A stretch of DNA of 63,349 bases, the filler included, from Anaerolineae bacterium (GTDB lineage Bacteria > Chloroflexota > Anaerolineae > Epilineales > Epilineaceae), in the NCBI GenBank assembly GCA_029262755.1. It is 7 parts of 7 records of this genome, joined end to end, with 100 filler letters (N's around TTAATTAATTAA, not from the genome) between each part and the next. Parts side by side here need not be neighbours in the genome. Positions count along the whole stretch, not along the records: positions 41,212 to 54,997 come from JAJCYU010000266.1; positions 55,098 to 60,469 come from JAJCYU010000269.1; 5 more parts are not named here. One strand, given 5' to 3'. The notes below the pieces were generated by a model that saw only the letters and a program-made list of their open reading frames with translations, did no database searches and was not told the DNA's origin. The first letter of the stretch is position 1. Each line of letters begins with the position of its first letter. Shown here one piece after another: positions 48,025 to 57,833 of the stretch. The translations under genes and the position numbers were made by a program.

Positions 48025-49878
48025 TCAGCGATACGCCGCCGGGATCGCCAGCCGCCACGTCCCACCGCGTCGCACGTCCTCTCGTGCTACTCCGGCGACT
48101 ACGGCGTAGACGTCGGCGACCGTGTTCGCGTCGTCTGCGAATAGCGCAGAGCTCGTGCTGAAGACGAGGCCGGCCCGCATGCCGGCCGGCGGGCCCGCGA
48201 ACGGCACGTCGGCGAGCGCGCCGCGGCGTAGCGTGACGCTCGGCGCGGGCTCGGAGATCGCGGGTGGCTCCGGCCAGCGCCACGCTCGTCGCGCCGTCGT
48301 GAAACGGTCCAGCAGGTGGAGCGAGAGGTGCGGGTGCCGCTGCGTAGGGGGCGGCGTGCCGACGCCAAGCGATGCAGCGACCGCACGAAACGCGATCCTG
48401 TGACCGTTGGGCGAGAGGGCGGGTTGATCGGCGTGGGTGCGGTCACGCCCGGGCGAATCACCAGGTTCGTCGCCCGGAGGCGCTTCGATGCGCGACGTCC
48501 GCCCCGTCCGTCGGTCGTACAGGTGGACCGCACGTCGATCGCGTCCCTGAAGGGTGGTGTCCACGTCCGTCACCGCAAACAGCACGCTGCGCCCATCGGC
48601 GGATACGATCGCGGAGTGGCGGTCGCGGACGGCGCCAAGCACGGCGGGGTCGGGCGCACCGCGCACGTCGGACAGCCGCACGGTCGGGCCGTCGGGCAAC
48701 GGGCGAAGAAAAACGTCGACGCGGCCGGTTGAGGCGGGAGACCGCCCCGGAGGATCGCCGCCCGCCGTAGGCGCGACGAGATCGGGCGCATCGGATTCGA
48801 ATACGATGACCGATCCGTCGCCCGACAGCCACGGACGGCGGCTATCGCCATGCGCCGCGCCGCCGGTGTGGGCGGTGCTTGCGATGATCGTCGCGCCCGT
48901 CGCACGGTCGTGCACAAAGACGTCGGCCGCCCCGTTGTCGTCGCCGGCCGTGAGGTTGCTCGCATGGGAGTGAAACGCCACGTAGCGGCCATCGGCCGAT
49001 AGGGCCGGCGCGGCGGAAAGGCCGTTTGCGGGTCCGCCGTCCGTGCCGCGATCGATGCGTTCCAGCGGCGGCATCGCTGCCCCGCGAAGGAGCGGACCGT
49101 CGGGGAGCACGGCCGCGAACAAGCCGACGTCCTCCGCCTCACCCGCGCGCCCGCCGGACGTGGATCGAAACGCTACGACGCGCCCGTTCCCGGAGATCGC
49201 GGGGCGCGCGGTGGGCGCGAAGCGCACCTGGTCGCCGTCCCACACGACCCCGACGCGCACGATGGCCGGCGGGTGTTGCCCACCGTCAGCGGCCAGATCG
49301 CGCGCGTAGATCGATGCAAAGCCCGACTCGTCCGCCCCGCCGCCGTCCACCGGCTCGAGCAGATCCGTGGCCTCCGAGCGAAACACCACCCGGGCACCGT
49401 CGCGCGAGACGGCGGCGTCGGTGCTCGCGCCGTTGGCGGGCACCCCGCTGCCCGTGGCCGAGATCAACACGAAGGGCGTGGGGTTCGTCTGGCCCGCCAC
49501 GGACGGGGCGACGCGATGCGCCGTTGCGAGCGACACGCCTGACAGGAGGATGGTCGACAGGACTACGGGCCGGAGGACCGACGAAGCGGTTTCACAGCAT
49601 CGTGACGGTCGACCGCAGCGCGACCAGGCACGTCGTGCGGGCTCGATCAACGGCCGACGGAGGCGCGACCGGAGACGTCGTACGGGCTCGATAAGCGACC
49701 GCCTTCGGCGCGGCCAGAGACGTGACACGGGCTCGCTTCTTGTTAGCCGGCGCCACAACCAGGACGGTCGCATGGGCAGGTTGCGTGCACGCCATCGGCG
49801 CGACCATACCGGTCGGCCGGACTCCCGCCTTGAACGCCGGTGCGTGGCGCGGGCCGCCAAAACGGCCCGCGCCCGCAT
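48025..49878 (-). CDS. Exported TolB-like (PD40) propeller protein
   Basis: Repeated 'PALSADGRYVAFHSHASNL...DVFVHD' units; ends WRLAIPAAYR; start uncertain. Confidence 0.8.
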   Translation of the reverse strand: MRARAVLAARATHRRSRRESGRPVWSRRWRARNLPMRPSWLWRRLTRSEPVSRLWPRRRRSLIEPVRRLRSRLRRPLIEPARRAWSRCGRPSRCCETASSVLRPVVLSTILLSGVSLATAHRVAPSVAGQTNPTPFVLISATGSGVPANGASTDAAVSRDGARVVFRSEATDLLEPVDGGGADESGFASIYARDLAADGGQHPPAIVRVGVVWDGDQVRFAPTARPAISGNGRVVAFRSTSGGRAGEAEDVGLFAAVLPDGPLLRGAAMPPLERIDRGTDGGPANGLSAAPALSADGRYVAFHSHASNLTAGDDNGAADVFVHDRATGATIIASTAHTGGAAHGDSRRPWLSGDGSVIVFESDAPDLVAPTAGGDPPGRSPASTGRVDVFLRPLPDGPTVRLSDVRGAPDPAVLGAVRDRHSAIVSADGRSVLFAVTDVDTTLQGRDRRAVHLYDRRTGRTSRIEAPPGDEPGDSPGRDRTHADQPALSPNGHRIAFRAVAASLGVGTPPPTQRHPHLSLHLLDRFTTARRAWRWPEPPAISEPAPSVTLRRGALADVPFAGPPAGMRAGLVFSTSSALFADDANTVADVYAVVAGVAREDVRRGGTWRLAIPAAYR

Positions 49879-49883
49879 CCTGT

Positions 49884-51770
49884 TCAGCGCGTCGACGCCG
49901 GCCAGAAGGGCTCGCTGCGGCACGGGATGTCGTCGGTGAAGTCCTGGTAGATCGCGGCGAGGTCTTCGCCGTCCGGGGCCCTACGGTAGGTCGCGGCGTG
50001 GCTGGCCATCTCTTGCAGGGCCTCCTCGTCTACATCGTCGCCCAAGGCCACCGCGTAGAGCAAGACGTCTCGCTGCTTGGCCTCGTCGGCGAGCGCGACG
50101 GCGACATCGACCGGCACCGGGTTCGCGCGTCCGTCGGTCAGGACGATGATGACGGGCGTGTTGCGCTCGTCGCGTGCGGAGTGTTCGAGGGCTGCCATGG
50201 CCGCCGATATGCCGAGGTCGAGGCGGGTTGTGCGAGCCAGGGCGAGATCGCCCAATGCTGCGGTCAACGCCGCCCGGTCGCGGCCGAGCGCGACGTGGGT
50301 CTGCGCGTCGGCGTTGAAGCTCACGAGCGCGGCCTGATCGGCCTTGCCCGCTCCGTTGGGCTCAAAGTCGAGCGCGTTGACGAAGAGCTGCGCGGCCTCG
50401 GCCGCCGCCTCGATCTTGGACCGGCCCGAGCGCGTGAGCTCGGCCATGCTGGTCGACGCGTCGAGCACGAGGATGACATCGGCCCGTTCCTTGTCGGGAC
50501 GGCAGCGTTCGCGCACCGAGATCGGCAAGTAGATCGGCTGCGGCCGCGGGGTGGCGGTCGGCGGGACGGCCGTCGACGTGGCCGTGGGCGGCAGATCGGT
50601 CGGCGTCGGCGGCACGTCCGTCGGCGGAACCGGGGTCGCGGTTGGAAGCGGCGTCGGTTCGGCGCAGGGTTCGCTGACCGAGATGGCCATCGTCGGCGGC
50701 GCGGTTTCGATTTCGCGGTACTGGCTGTCCTGCATCATGACCATCGAGCCCTCGCCGACCATGAACTCGCCCAGCATCGTCGGTCGCACCTGGTAGGTGA
50801 TGGTCAGCGGGGCGTAGAAATCGTCTTCGTCCACGTTCCAGCTACGCGCCCCGGTGACGGGGTCGAGGGCATCGGGCACATGGCTTTCGGTGCCGGAGAC
50901 AACTTCCAGGCCATCGGGGAGCTGCTCGACGAGCGTGACGGAGCGCAGGAAGGTCGAGCGCGATTGCTGGACGACGCCGTCGATCAGCGACGCCAGCCGG
51001 GTGCCTTCGCCGTAGGCCAGGTAGTAGCGCGGTTGGGAGGCAGCGCGGCGCAGCACGGCGTCACAATGCGTCCAGGCGAAGCACGTGGAGAGCACCACCG
51101 CGCCACGCGCCTTGCTCTGCTGCGCGCCCTTCGTGACGCCGGGAGCCGCCTGCGCGGTGTACACGCCCAGCGGCGCGAGGACGACGATCTCATCGACATC
51201 GTCGTCCGGGTATTCCTTCTCGCCGCGTTCGAGGATGCGGTTGGCCTCGCGGAAGCCGCAGTCGAAGCATTGCTGCCGCGCCGCGAAGCGCGAGACCTCC
51301 GGCGGGTCGAGGAAGGAAATGATGCGCGACTCTTCGTTGGTCAGATCGAGCTTCTTGACCGAGGTGCCGCGTTGCATCCACACCACGGCGACCTCGATGT
51401 GCGGGTTCTCGCGCAGCTTCAAGCGCTGCACCGATTGACGCAGGGCCTGCAGCCGGTCCCTGGGATTAGAAAAGTTCGGCTTGTAGACCTCGTCGATGAT
51501 GTACACGACGTGGATTCGCTGCCCCGGACAGGCCGGCTGCAGCGTCACCGTGACCGTGCTCGTTTCGCATTCCTTGATGACCGCAGGCGAGACGGCGCGA
51601 CCCACCGTACAATCACAAGGACTCTTCACCTGGTTCACCGCATCGGTCTGTCGGGCCTCGGCCGACGCGCGGTGAGCACGTGCAGCGGGCGCGAGCAAAC
51701 CGAAGGCGGTCGACAGGCAGGCAAGGGCCATCAACACCGCGACGGCTCGGCGCAAAGAAGTGATGTTCAT
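49884..51770 (-). CDS. Exported double-vWA protein
   Basis: Signal peptide; first vWA-like domain with degenerate MIDAS (IIDEV); PT linker; IYLPISVR; second vWA with DASTS and VLTDG. Confidence 0.85.
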   Translation of the reverse strand: MNITSLRRAVAVLMALACLSTAFGLLAPAARAHRASAEARQTDAVNQVKSPCDCTVGRAVSPAVIKECETSTVTVTLQPACPGQRIHVVYIIDEVYKPNFSNPRDRLQALRQSVQRLKLRENPHIEVAVVWMQRGTSVKKLDLTNEESRIISFLDPPEVSRFAARQQCFDCGFREANRILERGEKEYPDDDVDEIVVLAPLGVYTAQAAPGVTKGAQQSKARGAVVLSTCFAWTHCDAVLRRAASQPRYYLAYGEGTRLASLIDGVVQQSRSTFLRSVTLVEQLPDGLEVVSGTESHVPDALDPVTGARSWNVDEDDFYAPLTITYQVRPTMLGEFMVGEGSMVMMQDSQYREIETAPPTMAISVSEPCAEPTPLPTATPVPPTDVPPTPTDLPPTATSTAVPPTATPRPQPIYLPISVRERCRPDKERADVILVLDASTSMAELTRSGRSKIEAAAEAAQLFVNALDFEPNGAGKADQAALVSFNADAQTHVALGRDRAALTAALGDLALARTTRLDLGISAAMAALEHSARDERNTPVIIVLTDGRANPVPVDVAVALADEAKQRDVLLYAVALGDDVDEEALQEMASHAATYRRAPDGEDLAAIYQDFTDDIPCRSEPFWPASTR

Positions 51771-51965
51771 CTAGGTTCTCCCCCGTTCGGCCGCTCGCCG
51801 GGACGCTCAAGCTCTAGAGCTCATCGAGCACTCCCAGGCCTCAGGACGGCGACCGATTCATGCGCTGCGCGGAGGGCGATCTCCCGCCGCGGCGCGTGTT
51901 GGCGCGGCGCGACCATGCCCAAGGTGCCGGGCGATGTCAAACACGTTCGGAGCCTTGGAAGTGCC

Positions 51966-54900
51966 TCAGCGCACCACCTTGGGCAGCCAAAGGTGGTAGG
52001 CGGAGGCGGCGACCATTCCCGTGACCGCGACGCGCGTGTCGACGGGCGCGGCGCGATCGTCGAGCACGGTGAGCGATGTAATGCGCGGACGGTGCCCGAT
52101 ACGACCCGTGCCGAGAAAGGACATGCGCGCCAGATCGACGCTCGTCGCGTCGAGGGGCGCCCGGCTCTGCGCGGAATCGACCGCACGTTCCGGCATCAAC
52201 CAAACGAGGTGCGCCCGCCCCGCCTCTTGATCGGCAACGTTGCGAAGCACCCGCGCGCCGGCAGGTAGTGAGGCCGGGTCCGCCCATTGCACGCCGGGCA
52301 GGGACGGATCCGAATCCTCCGCGATGAATCCCCGTGGATCGAAGCGCAACGTGAGCGCGATGCCGCGCACTGCGTCGAGATCGCGTCCGCGTAGGCGCAT
52401 CGCGATGCGGTGTGGAGAGGGCGATGCGGAGCTCGGGGGAGCATCTGACTCGGTCGGATCGGTCGGTTGGACACCAGGATCGATCCGTCGCTCGATCTGA
52501 GGGTTCCCGGCCGGTCCGGCCGTACGTTCCTCGATCGCTCCATCCCTGGCCGTCGCGGACGCCGTCTCGAACCTCGCGACCACGGCGTCGAGGCGCAGTA
52601 TCGGGGACGGTTGCCGTCGCGCGGCGTCGTTGGAGGCCGTTCGACCCTCCGGGCGCGCCTCGCCCGCGAGCCACCCGGCGGGGCAGCGCGCATCCAGGTT
52701 GCCCGCGATGATGACCAAATCCACCAGATCGACGAGCCCGTTGCCGTCGACGTCCGCGCACGGAGGATCGATCCGCTCAGTGGCGCCGAAGGCCGCAGCG
52801 GCCGCGGCGAGATCGGGCAGCGCAACGGCGCAGTCGCCATCGAGGTCGCCGAGGGCGGGCTCGACCACGCCGGCACGGGTGAGCGCCCCCGCGCGTAACG
52901 TGAGGGTCGTGGCCGCGGTGAGCGCACAGCGCAACGCGACGCGCACACGGTGCACGCCCGGCGCGAGGCCCGCCGCGTAGAACCGCCCGTCCGGGCCCAC
53001 GGCGATCGTCTCGGACGCGGTCGAAGCGTTGGCCATGGCGGTGCCGGCGCGCGATGCGACGGCGCTCGGTGCGGCGGCACTCGATATATGGGCGCTCGAT
53101 GCATAAGCGCTCGATGCATGGGCGCGCGATGCGACGGCGCTCGGTGCAGCGGCACTCGATACATGAGCGCTCGATGCATAAGCGCTCGATGCATGGACGC
53201 TCGATGCGACGGCGCCCGCGCCGGCCTTCTCGCGGCCGTCGACGACCGACCTCGCGCCGACCGTCCTCGCGACGTCCATGCGCGCGAAGTTCACTCCCGC
53301 GGCGTTCATTCCCGCGACGTCCGGACTCGGACCCTCGATCGTGACCCGCGCCTCGAGCGGCGACATGCCTGGCGGGAGGCGCACCTCCCCGGTCACCGCA
53401 GCCGGGGCATCGGGACATGGCGACCGGACGTCCTCCGTCACTGCCGGGTCCTCGATACGCGGGCACGCGTCGATCGCGCCACCGACTCCCCACTGGTCGC
53501 CGCGGACGAGGACGTGCCGGCCGAGCAGAGCAGGGTCGATCGCGAAGCCGAGCGAGGGGCCGACCACGCCGTCGCAATCGACCAGCACGAAGCCCGGCGC
53601 GGGGCAGCCCTCGCGCGCGCCCCGGTACTCGAGCCGACCGCGCGCCTCGTAGGGCGTTGTCGGCGCGCCGCCGTCTGGAATCGCTTGGACGGCGTGGAAG
53701 ATCTCGCGCTGGCCGTCGCGGTCCACGCCGTACCACAGCGCGTGCGCGCGGCCTGCGTCGTCGAGCGCCGCGGCAGGGTGGCGGCCGTCGGCTGCGGTCG
53801 CGCCGCCGTCCAGCCGCGTGGGGGAGGACCATGCGCCGGCGGACGGGTCGACCGGACGGGGTGGCTCCACGGGCTCATCGGGCGGCGGCGCGGCGCGCCA
53901 GCGCGCGGCGTGGATCGCGCCCTGGCCGTCGCGCACCGCTTGCCACGTGACCCAACTCTCGCCGCCGGCGCCCGCCGCGACCGCCGGGCGGCTCGCGGCG
54001 GCGAAGGAGGTGGGCTCCGCACCGTCGGTGAGCGATTCCGAGACCAGCGTTGGCGCCCCCCAACCGGTCGTGGCGCTCCAGCGGGCGGCGCGGATCGTCC
54101 CGCCCCGGCGGGCGTCGTGCCAGGCGAGCGTCACGCGGCCACGGTCGTCCGCGCGCAGGGCCGGTTCGGCCTGACGGTCGCTTCCCGGATCGTCGTCGAC
54201 GCGAACATCAGGCGCCCACGTCGTGGAGCCCGCAGCGCGCACGGCGGCGCGGATGTCCGGGTCGCCGCGACGGTCGTCCGACCAGGCCACCACGATGTCG
54301 CCGTCCGGCGTCGCGTCGATCGCCGGGCGCTGCTGGGTGCCGGCCGGATCGGCGTGCACGCGCGCCGAGGGCGACCAGAGGCCGGCGGCGTCGCGGTGGA
54401 TCGCGTAGATGTCGCTGTCGCCGTCGCGATGGTCCGACCATGCGACGTGCAGCCCGCCGGCCGCGTCCGCGGCAATCGCAGGCACCCACTGGATGGTCTC
54501 GGTATCGTCGTCGTTGAGACGACGCGGCACGGACCAGGCGTCGGCGCCAAGCGGGAGGCTGCTGAGGAAGATGTCGGGATGGACGAAGCGGTAGTCCGAC
54601 CACACGACATGCACGGTGCCGGCGGCGTCGACGGCAACGTCGGGATCGTCGCGACAGACGGGGCCGATCACCTCGGCGACGCGCGTATTGGCCGTCCAAC
54701 GGTCGGCGCCCGGCTCGCGGCGCGCGTGGTAGATGCCGAAGGCGCCGGCCCCATCCCGAAAATCGACCCACACAGCGTGCAGCGCTCCGTCGGGGCCGGT
54801 GGCCACGGCTGGATCGAATTGGACCACGCCCCGCCCGTCGTCGTTCACCACGCGCGGCGACAGCCACGGGCTCGCGGGCTCGACGAGCGGATTGCACGCA

Positions 54901-54995
54901 GCGGAGACGACGCCGAGCGCGAGAGCCGTCCACCATACACGCGACGACCGCGACGACCGTGGCGACCGTTGCGACCGTGGCGACCGTGGCGACCG
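51966..54995 (-). CDS. Putative lipoprotein: repeat propeller + dockerin-like + cohesin-like domains (5' end at linker)
   Basis: Frame open to the segment end: ...RVWWTALALGVVSAAC (lipobox-like); 'HVAWSDxRxGDxDI' repeats; paired Ca-loops GDLDGDC/ADVDGNG; cohesin-like 'LRFDP...DSDPSLPGVQ'; ends HLWLPKVVR. Confidence 0.8.
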   Translation of the reverse strand, partial: RSPRSPRSQRSPRSSRSSRVWWTALALGVVSAACNPLVEPASPWLSPRVVNDDGRGVVQFDPAVATGPDGALHAVWVDFRDGAGAFGIYHARREPGADRWTANTRVAEVIGPVCRDDPDVAVDAAGTVHVVWSDYRFVHPDIFLSSLPLGADAWSVPRRLNDDDTETIQWVPAIAADAAGGLHVAWSDHRDGDSDIYAIHRDAAGLWSPSARVHADPAGTQQRPAIDATPDGDIVVAWSDDRRGDPDIRAAVRAAGSTTWAPDVRVDDDPGSDRQAEPALRADDRGRVTLAWHDARRGGTIRAARWSATTGWGAPTLVSESLTDGAEPTSFAAASRPAVAAGAGGESWVTWQAVRDGQGAIHAARWRAAPPPDEPVEPPRPVDPSAGAWSSPTRLDGGATAADGRHPAAALDDAGRAHALWYGVDRDGQREIFHAVQAIPDGGAPTTPYEARGRLEYRGAREGCPAPGFVLVDCDGVVGPSLGFAIDPALLGRHVLVRGDQWGVGGAIDACPRIEDPAVTEDVRSPCPDAPAAVTGEVRLPPGMSPLEARVTIEGPSPDVAGMNAAGVNFARMDVARTVGARSVVDGREKAGAGAVASSVHASSAYASSAHVSSAAAPSAVASRAHASSAYASSAHISSAAAPSAVASRAGTAMANASTASETIAVGPDGRFYAAGLAPGVHRVRVALRCALTAATTLTLRAGALTRAGVVEPALGDLDGDCAVALPDLAAAAAAFGATERIDPPCADVDGNGLVDLVDLVIIAGNLDARCPAGWLAGEARPEGRTASNDAARRQPSPILRLDAVVARFETASATARDGAIEERTAGPAGNPQIERRIDPGVQPTDPTESDAPPSSASPSPHRIAMRLRGRDLDAVRGIALTLRFDPRGFIAEDSDPSLPGVQWADPASLPAGARVLRNVADQEAGRAHLVWLMPERAVDSAQSRAPLDATSVDLARMSFLGTGRIGHRPRITSLTVLDDRAAPVDTRVAVTGMVAASAYHLWLPKVVR
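53046..53215. repeat. 75-bp duplication built from 15-bp subunits (SSAHA/SSAYA peptide repeat)
   Basis: Copies begin at about 53046 and 53121; subunit gcgctcgatgcat. Confidence 0.85.
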
Positions 54996-54997
54996 TG
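54942..54997. repeat. 9-bp tandem repeat (gcgaccgtg) at the segment end
   Basis: Directly visible; encodes RSP repeats on the minus strand. Confidence 0.85.
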
Positions 54998-55097
54998 NNN
55001 NNNNNNNNNNNNNNNNNNNNNNNNNNNNNNNNNNNNNNNNNTTAATTAATTAANNNNNNNNNNNNNNNNNNNNNNNNNNNNNNNNNNNNNNNNNNNN
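54998..55097. other. Artificial linker
   Basis: N/TTAATTAATTAA/N. Confidence 0.98.
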
Positions 55098-55248
55098 GCG
55101 ACGTCAACGCACGAAGGCCCCATGCCCGAACGAAGCGCGATCTACGTACCGAGCGCGGGGACGGGGCGGTAGCGGGCGGGCTCTTCGGGCTCTTCGGGCT
55201 CTTCGGGCACTGCGTAGGTTTCGCGTCGATCGGCGAGCGCCCCCCCAC

Positions 55249-56046
55249 TCATCCCTTCGACCGTGATTCGTCCGCTGTCAACGTGATCCGCAGCAGCCGG
55301 GTGCCGGCGACCATGCCCGCCCGTTCCACCGAGCGCCACGAGCCGGTGTTGCCGTAGGCGCAGCCGGCCACCGGCTGCCAGCCCGTCCGATAGCAGATGC
55401 GCTTTAGGCCGGCGAGCGTATCGACCGCGAGCCCCTGCCTGCGCCGCGATTCGTGCACGAAAATGCCGATGCTCGCGTAGGGCGGCAGCAATCGGGGCGC
55501 CTCGATGACCCCCAGGGAGACCATCTCGTCGCCCAGGCGGCCCACGAACAGCCCGTCCTTGGCGTGCAGATCGCGTAGCTCCGGCTCCGACATGAATGCG
55601 CCGATCATCGCGCGAATCGCAGGCAAGTCGTCGTCCTGCGCGGACGAGAGCACGAGCCCCGCGTCGCGCGCCGCCGGCGTGCTCGCCCGGCCCGCGTCCC
55701 GAAACAGCGTGCCCTGGATCCGCAGCGCTGAATGCCGATCCAGCGCACTGGCCAAGAGCCACTCGTCGCTGGTGGCCACCATCACATCGGCGATATCCAG
55801 GGTTGTCACGAGCTCGGCAAAGAGCGTGCGCCCATCAATCGCAGCGTGCGGAACCAGCGTGAAGTGGACCAGCATTTCCTCGCCGTGCACGGCGGCGGAC
55901 CCGATGCGCGCCCCGTCGCGCCGCAACGCGAAGTGGCGGGCCTGTAGCAAGTGATCCTCCACGTACGAGTCGACCGGCGCAGCCTGCTCGGCCAAGAAGG
56001 CACGCAAACGATCGATCTCGGGCTCCGCAAGCGGCACAACGTTCAT
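55249..56046 (-). CDS. GNAT family N-acetyltransferase
   Basis: 'IGIFVHESRRRQGLA' motif A; 'NTGSWRSVERAG'. Confidence 0.82.
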   Translation of the reverse strand: MNVVPLAEPEIDRLRAFLAEQAAPVDSYVEDHLLQARHFALRRDGARIGSAAVHGEEMLVHFTLVPHAAIDGRTLFAELVTTLDIADVMVATSDEWLLASALDRHSALRIQGTLFRDAGRASTPAARDAGLVLSSAQDDDLPAIRAMIGAFMSEPELRDLHAKDGLFVGRLGDEMVSLGVIEAPRLLPPYASIGIFVHESRRRQGLAVDTLAGLKRICYRTGWQPVAGCAYGNTGSWRSVERAGMVAGTRLLRITLTADESRSKG

Positions 56047-56190
56047 AGACGGGACTCCTGGGGCGCGACGACCGCGCGCACCAGGGTACCACGCGATCTC
56101 CGTGATCCCCGCGATCCGGGCGCGCTATCCTGTCAGCGTGCGACGATCCACCTACTTGGGAGCCGACGACGACGTAGGAGCCGATGACGG

Positions 56191-56718
56191 ATGTCCGAAT
56201 ACGACTGGTCGACCTTCGATTTGCACTACTACTACCCGGTGCCGCCCGCGACGCTGTTTCGCAGCTGGGCGACCGCGGACGGGCTGTGCGCGTTCTACAT
56301 CGGCGAGGCGGTGCACTCAGCGCCCGATGGTGCGCCGCGCGCCGCGGACGAGATCGTCCGCGCCGGCGACGGCTATGACTGGCGTTATCGTCACGACTTC
56401 GGCCATGGGGGGCGTTTCACCGAAGTGATTGCCGATCGACGCGTCGCGTTCACCTTTGGCCCCGACATGATCGTCACGGTCGATATCGAAGCGGACGGCG
56501 CGGGCAGCCATCTGCGCTTGCGCCAGACGGGCATCCCCGTGGATCCCCAGGGGCGAGTCCAGATGCACCTCAACTGTCGTAGCTGTTGGATCTTCTTCCT
56601 CGTGAACCTGATGTCCGTGTACCAGACGAACACGGATCTTCGCCACGCCGACCCGGCCCGCGTGAACGGCATCGAGGTCGGATTCCCCGTGCCGGAACCG
56701 GCAAAGGAACGCGCATGA
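56191..56718 (+). CDS. SRPBCC/AHSA1 (START-like) domain protein
   Basis: 'LFRSWATADGL..F', 'GSHLRLRQ', C-terminal helix 'WIFFLVNL'. Confidence 0.78.
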   Translation: MSEYDWSTFDLHYYYPVPPATLFRSWATADGLCAFYIGEAVHSAPDGAPRAADEIVRAGDGYDWRYRHDFGHGGRFTEVIADRRVAFTFGPDMIVTVDIEADGAGSHLRLRQTGIPVDPQGRVQMHLNCRSCWIFFLVNLMSVYQTNTDLRHADPARVNGIEVGFPVPEPAKERA

Positions 56719-57728
56719 ACCTCCTCGTCCTCGGCGGCACCCAATTCGTCGGCCGCCATCTCGTCGCCCAGGCCTTGGAGCGCGGGCATACGGTCACGCT
56801 CTTCCACCGCGGTCGCACGAACCCCGAACTCTTTCCCGAGGCCGAGCACGTGCTCGGCGACCGCGACGGCGGTCTCGATACGCTCGCCGGCCGGAACTGG
56901 GACGCTGTCGTCGATACCTGCGGCTACGTGCCACGCCTCGTGCGCGATGCGGCCAAGGCCCTGCACAGCGCAGCGCCCTTCTACGCGTTCGTATCCACGA
57001 TCTCGGTCTACGCTGAGCCCGGCGGCGAGGGCGAGGGGCCCAACGAAGACAGCCCGCTCGGCGTCCTCGAGGACGAGACGACCGAGACCGTGGACGGCGC
57101 GACCTATGGCCCGCTCAAGGCCTTGTGCGAGGCCGAAGTCCGCAACGTCTACGGCGACGCCGCGCTCATCGTGCGCCCCGGGCTGATCGTGGGGCCGCAC
57201 GACCCGACCGGCCGCTTCACGTGGTGGCCGGCACGTGCCGCACGGGGCGGACGCTTCGTGGCGCCCGACGCCCCGGCTACCCCGACGCAATTCATCGACG
57301 CGCGCGACCTCACCGCGTGGTTGCTCGACATGATCGAGCGCCGCGTCGGCGGTACGTACAACGCGACGGGGCCCGTGCCGCCAGCCACGCTCGGCGACGT
57401 GGTCGCCGCGGGCGTGGCCGCGGCCGGCACGGACGCCGAGCCGGTCTGGCTGCCCGAAGAGACGCTGTTGGCCGCCGAGGTGCGACCGTTCATGGAGCTT
57501 CCGCTGTGGGTGACACGCGAGGGCAGGGGCCTCATGAACGTCGACGTCTCGCGTGCCGTCGCACAGGGCCTGCACTTCCGCTCGGTCTCCGAGACCGTGG
57601 CGGACACGCTCGCCTGGTGGCGCGCGCTGCCGGAGGACGCCCGCCCGGGCGAGGGTCGAGCGGGGATCGCGGCGGAGAAGGAGGCCGCGTTGCTGGCGGC
57701 GGCGGACGCGAGGGACGGGTTGCGATAG
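56715..57728 (+). CDS. NAD-dependent epimerase/dehydratase (extended SDR)
   Basis: LGGTQFVG, YGPLK, RPGLIVGP, QFIDARD; ATGA overlap. Confidence 0.9.
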   Translation: MNLLVLGGTQFVGRHLVAQALERGHTVTLFHRGRTNPELFPEAEHVLGDRDGGLDTLAGRNWDAVVDTCGYVPRLVRDAAKALHSAAPFYAFVSTISVYAEPGGEGEGPNEDSPLGVLEDETTETVDGATYGPLKALCEAEVRNVYGDAALIVRPGLIVGPHDPTGRFTWWPARAARGGRFVAPDAPATPTQFIDARDLTAWLLDMIERRVGGTYNATGPVPPATLGDVVAAGVAAAGTDAEPVWLPEETLLAAEVRPFMELPLWVTREGRGLMNVDVSRAVAQGLHFRSVSETVADTLAWWRALPEDARPGEGRAGIAAEKEAALLAAADARDGLR

Positions 57729-57780
57729 CGGGCGTGCAGTGGGTTGTATGGGTGGGAGGTTGTGCGGGCATTCATTGCCG

Positions 57781-57800
57781 ACTACACTGATCGGTGTAGT
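57781..57800. promoter_or_regulatory. Palindromic operator, probably bound by the adjacent TetR regulator
   Basis: ACTACAC-TGATCG-GTGTAGT lying between TTGCCG (57775) and TAGTGT (57797) promoter-like hexamers. Confidence 0.7.
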
Positions 57801-57833
57801 GTATGTGCAATGCTTCCACCAAGGAGATCCCCC

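Noticed and set aside
49722..55049. Long plus-strand ORFs (848 aa and 699 aa)
   Set aside because: Antisense shadows of well-supported minus-strand genes, as expected in high-GC DNA.
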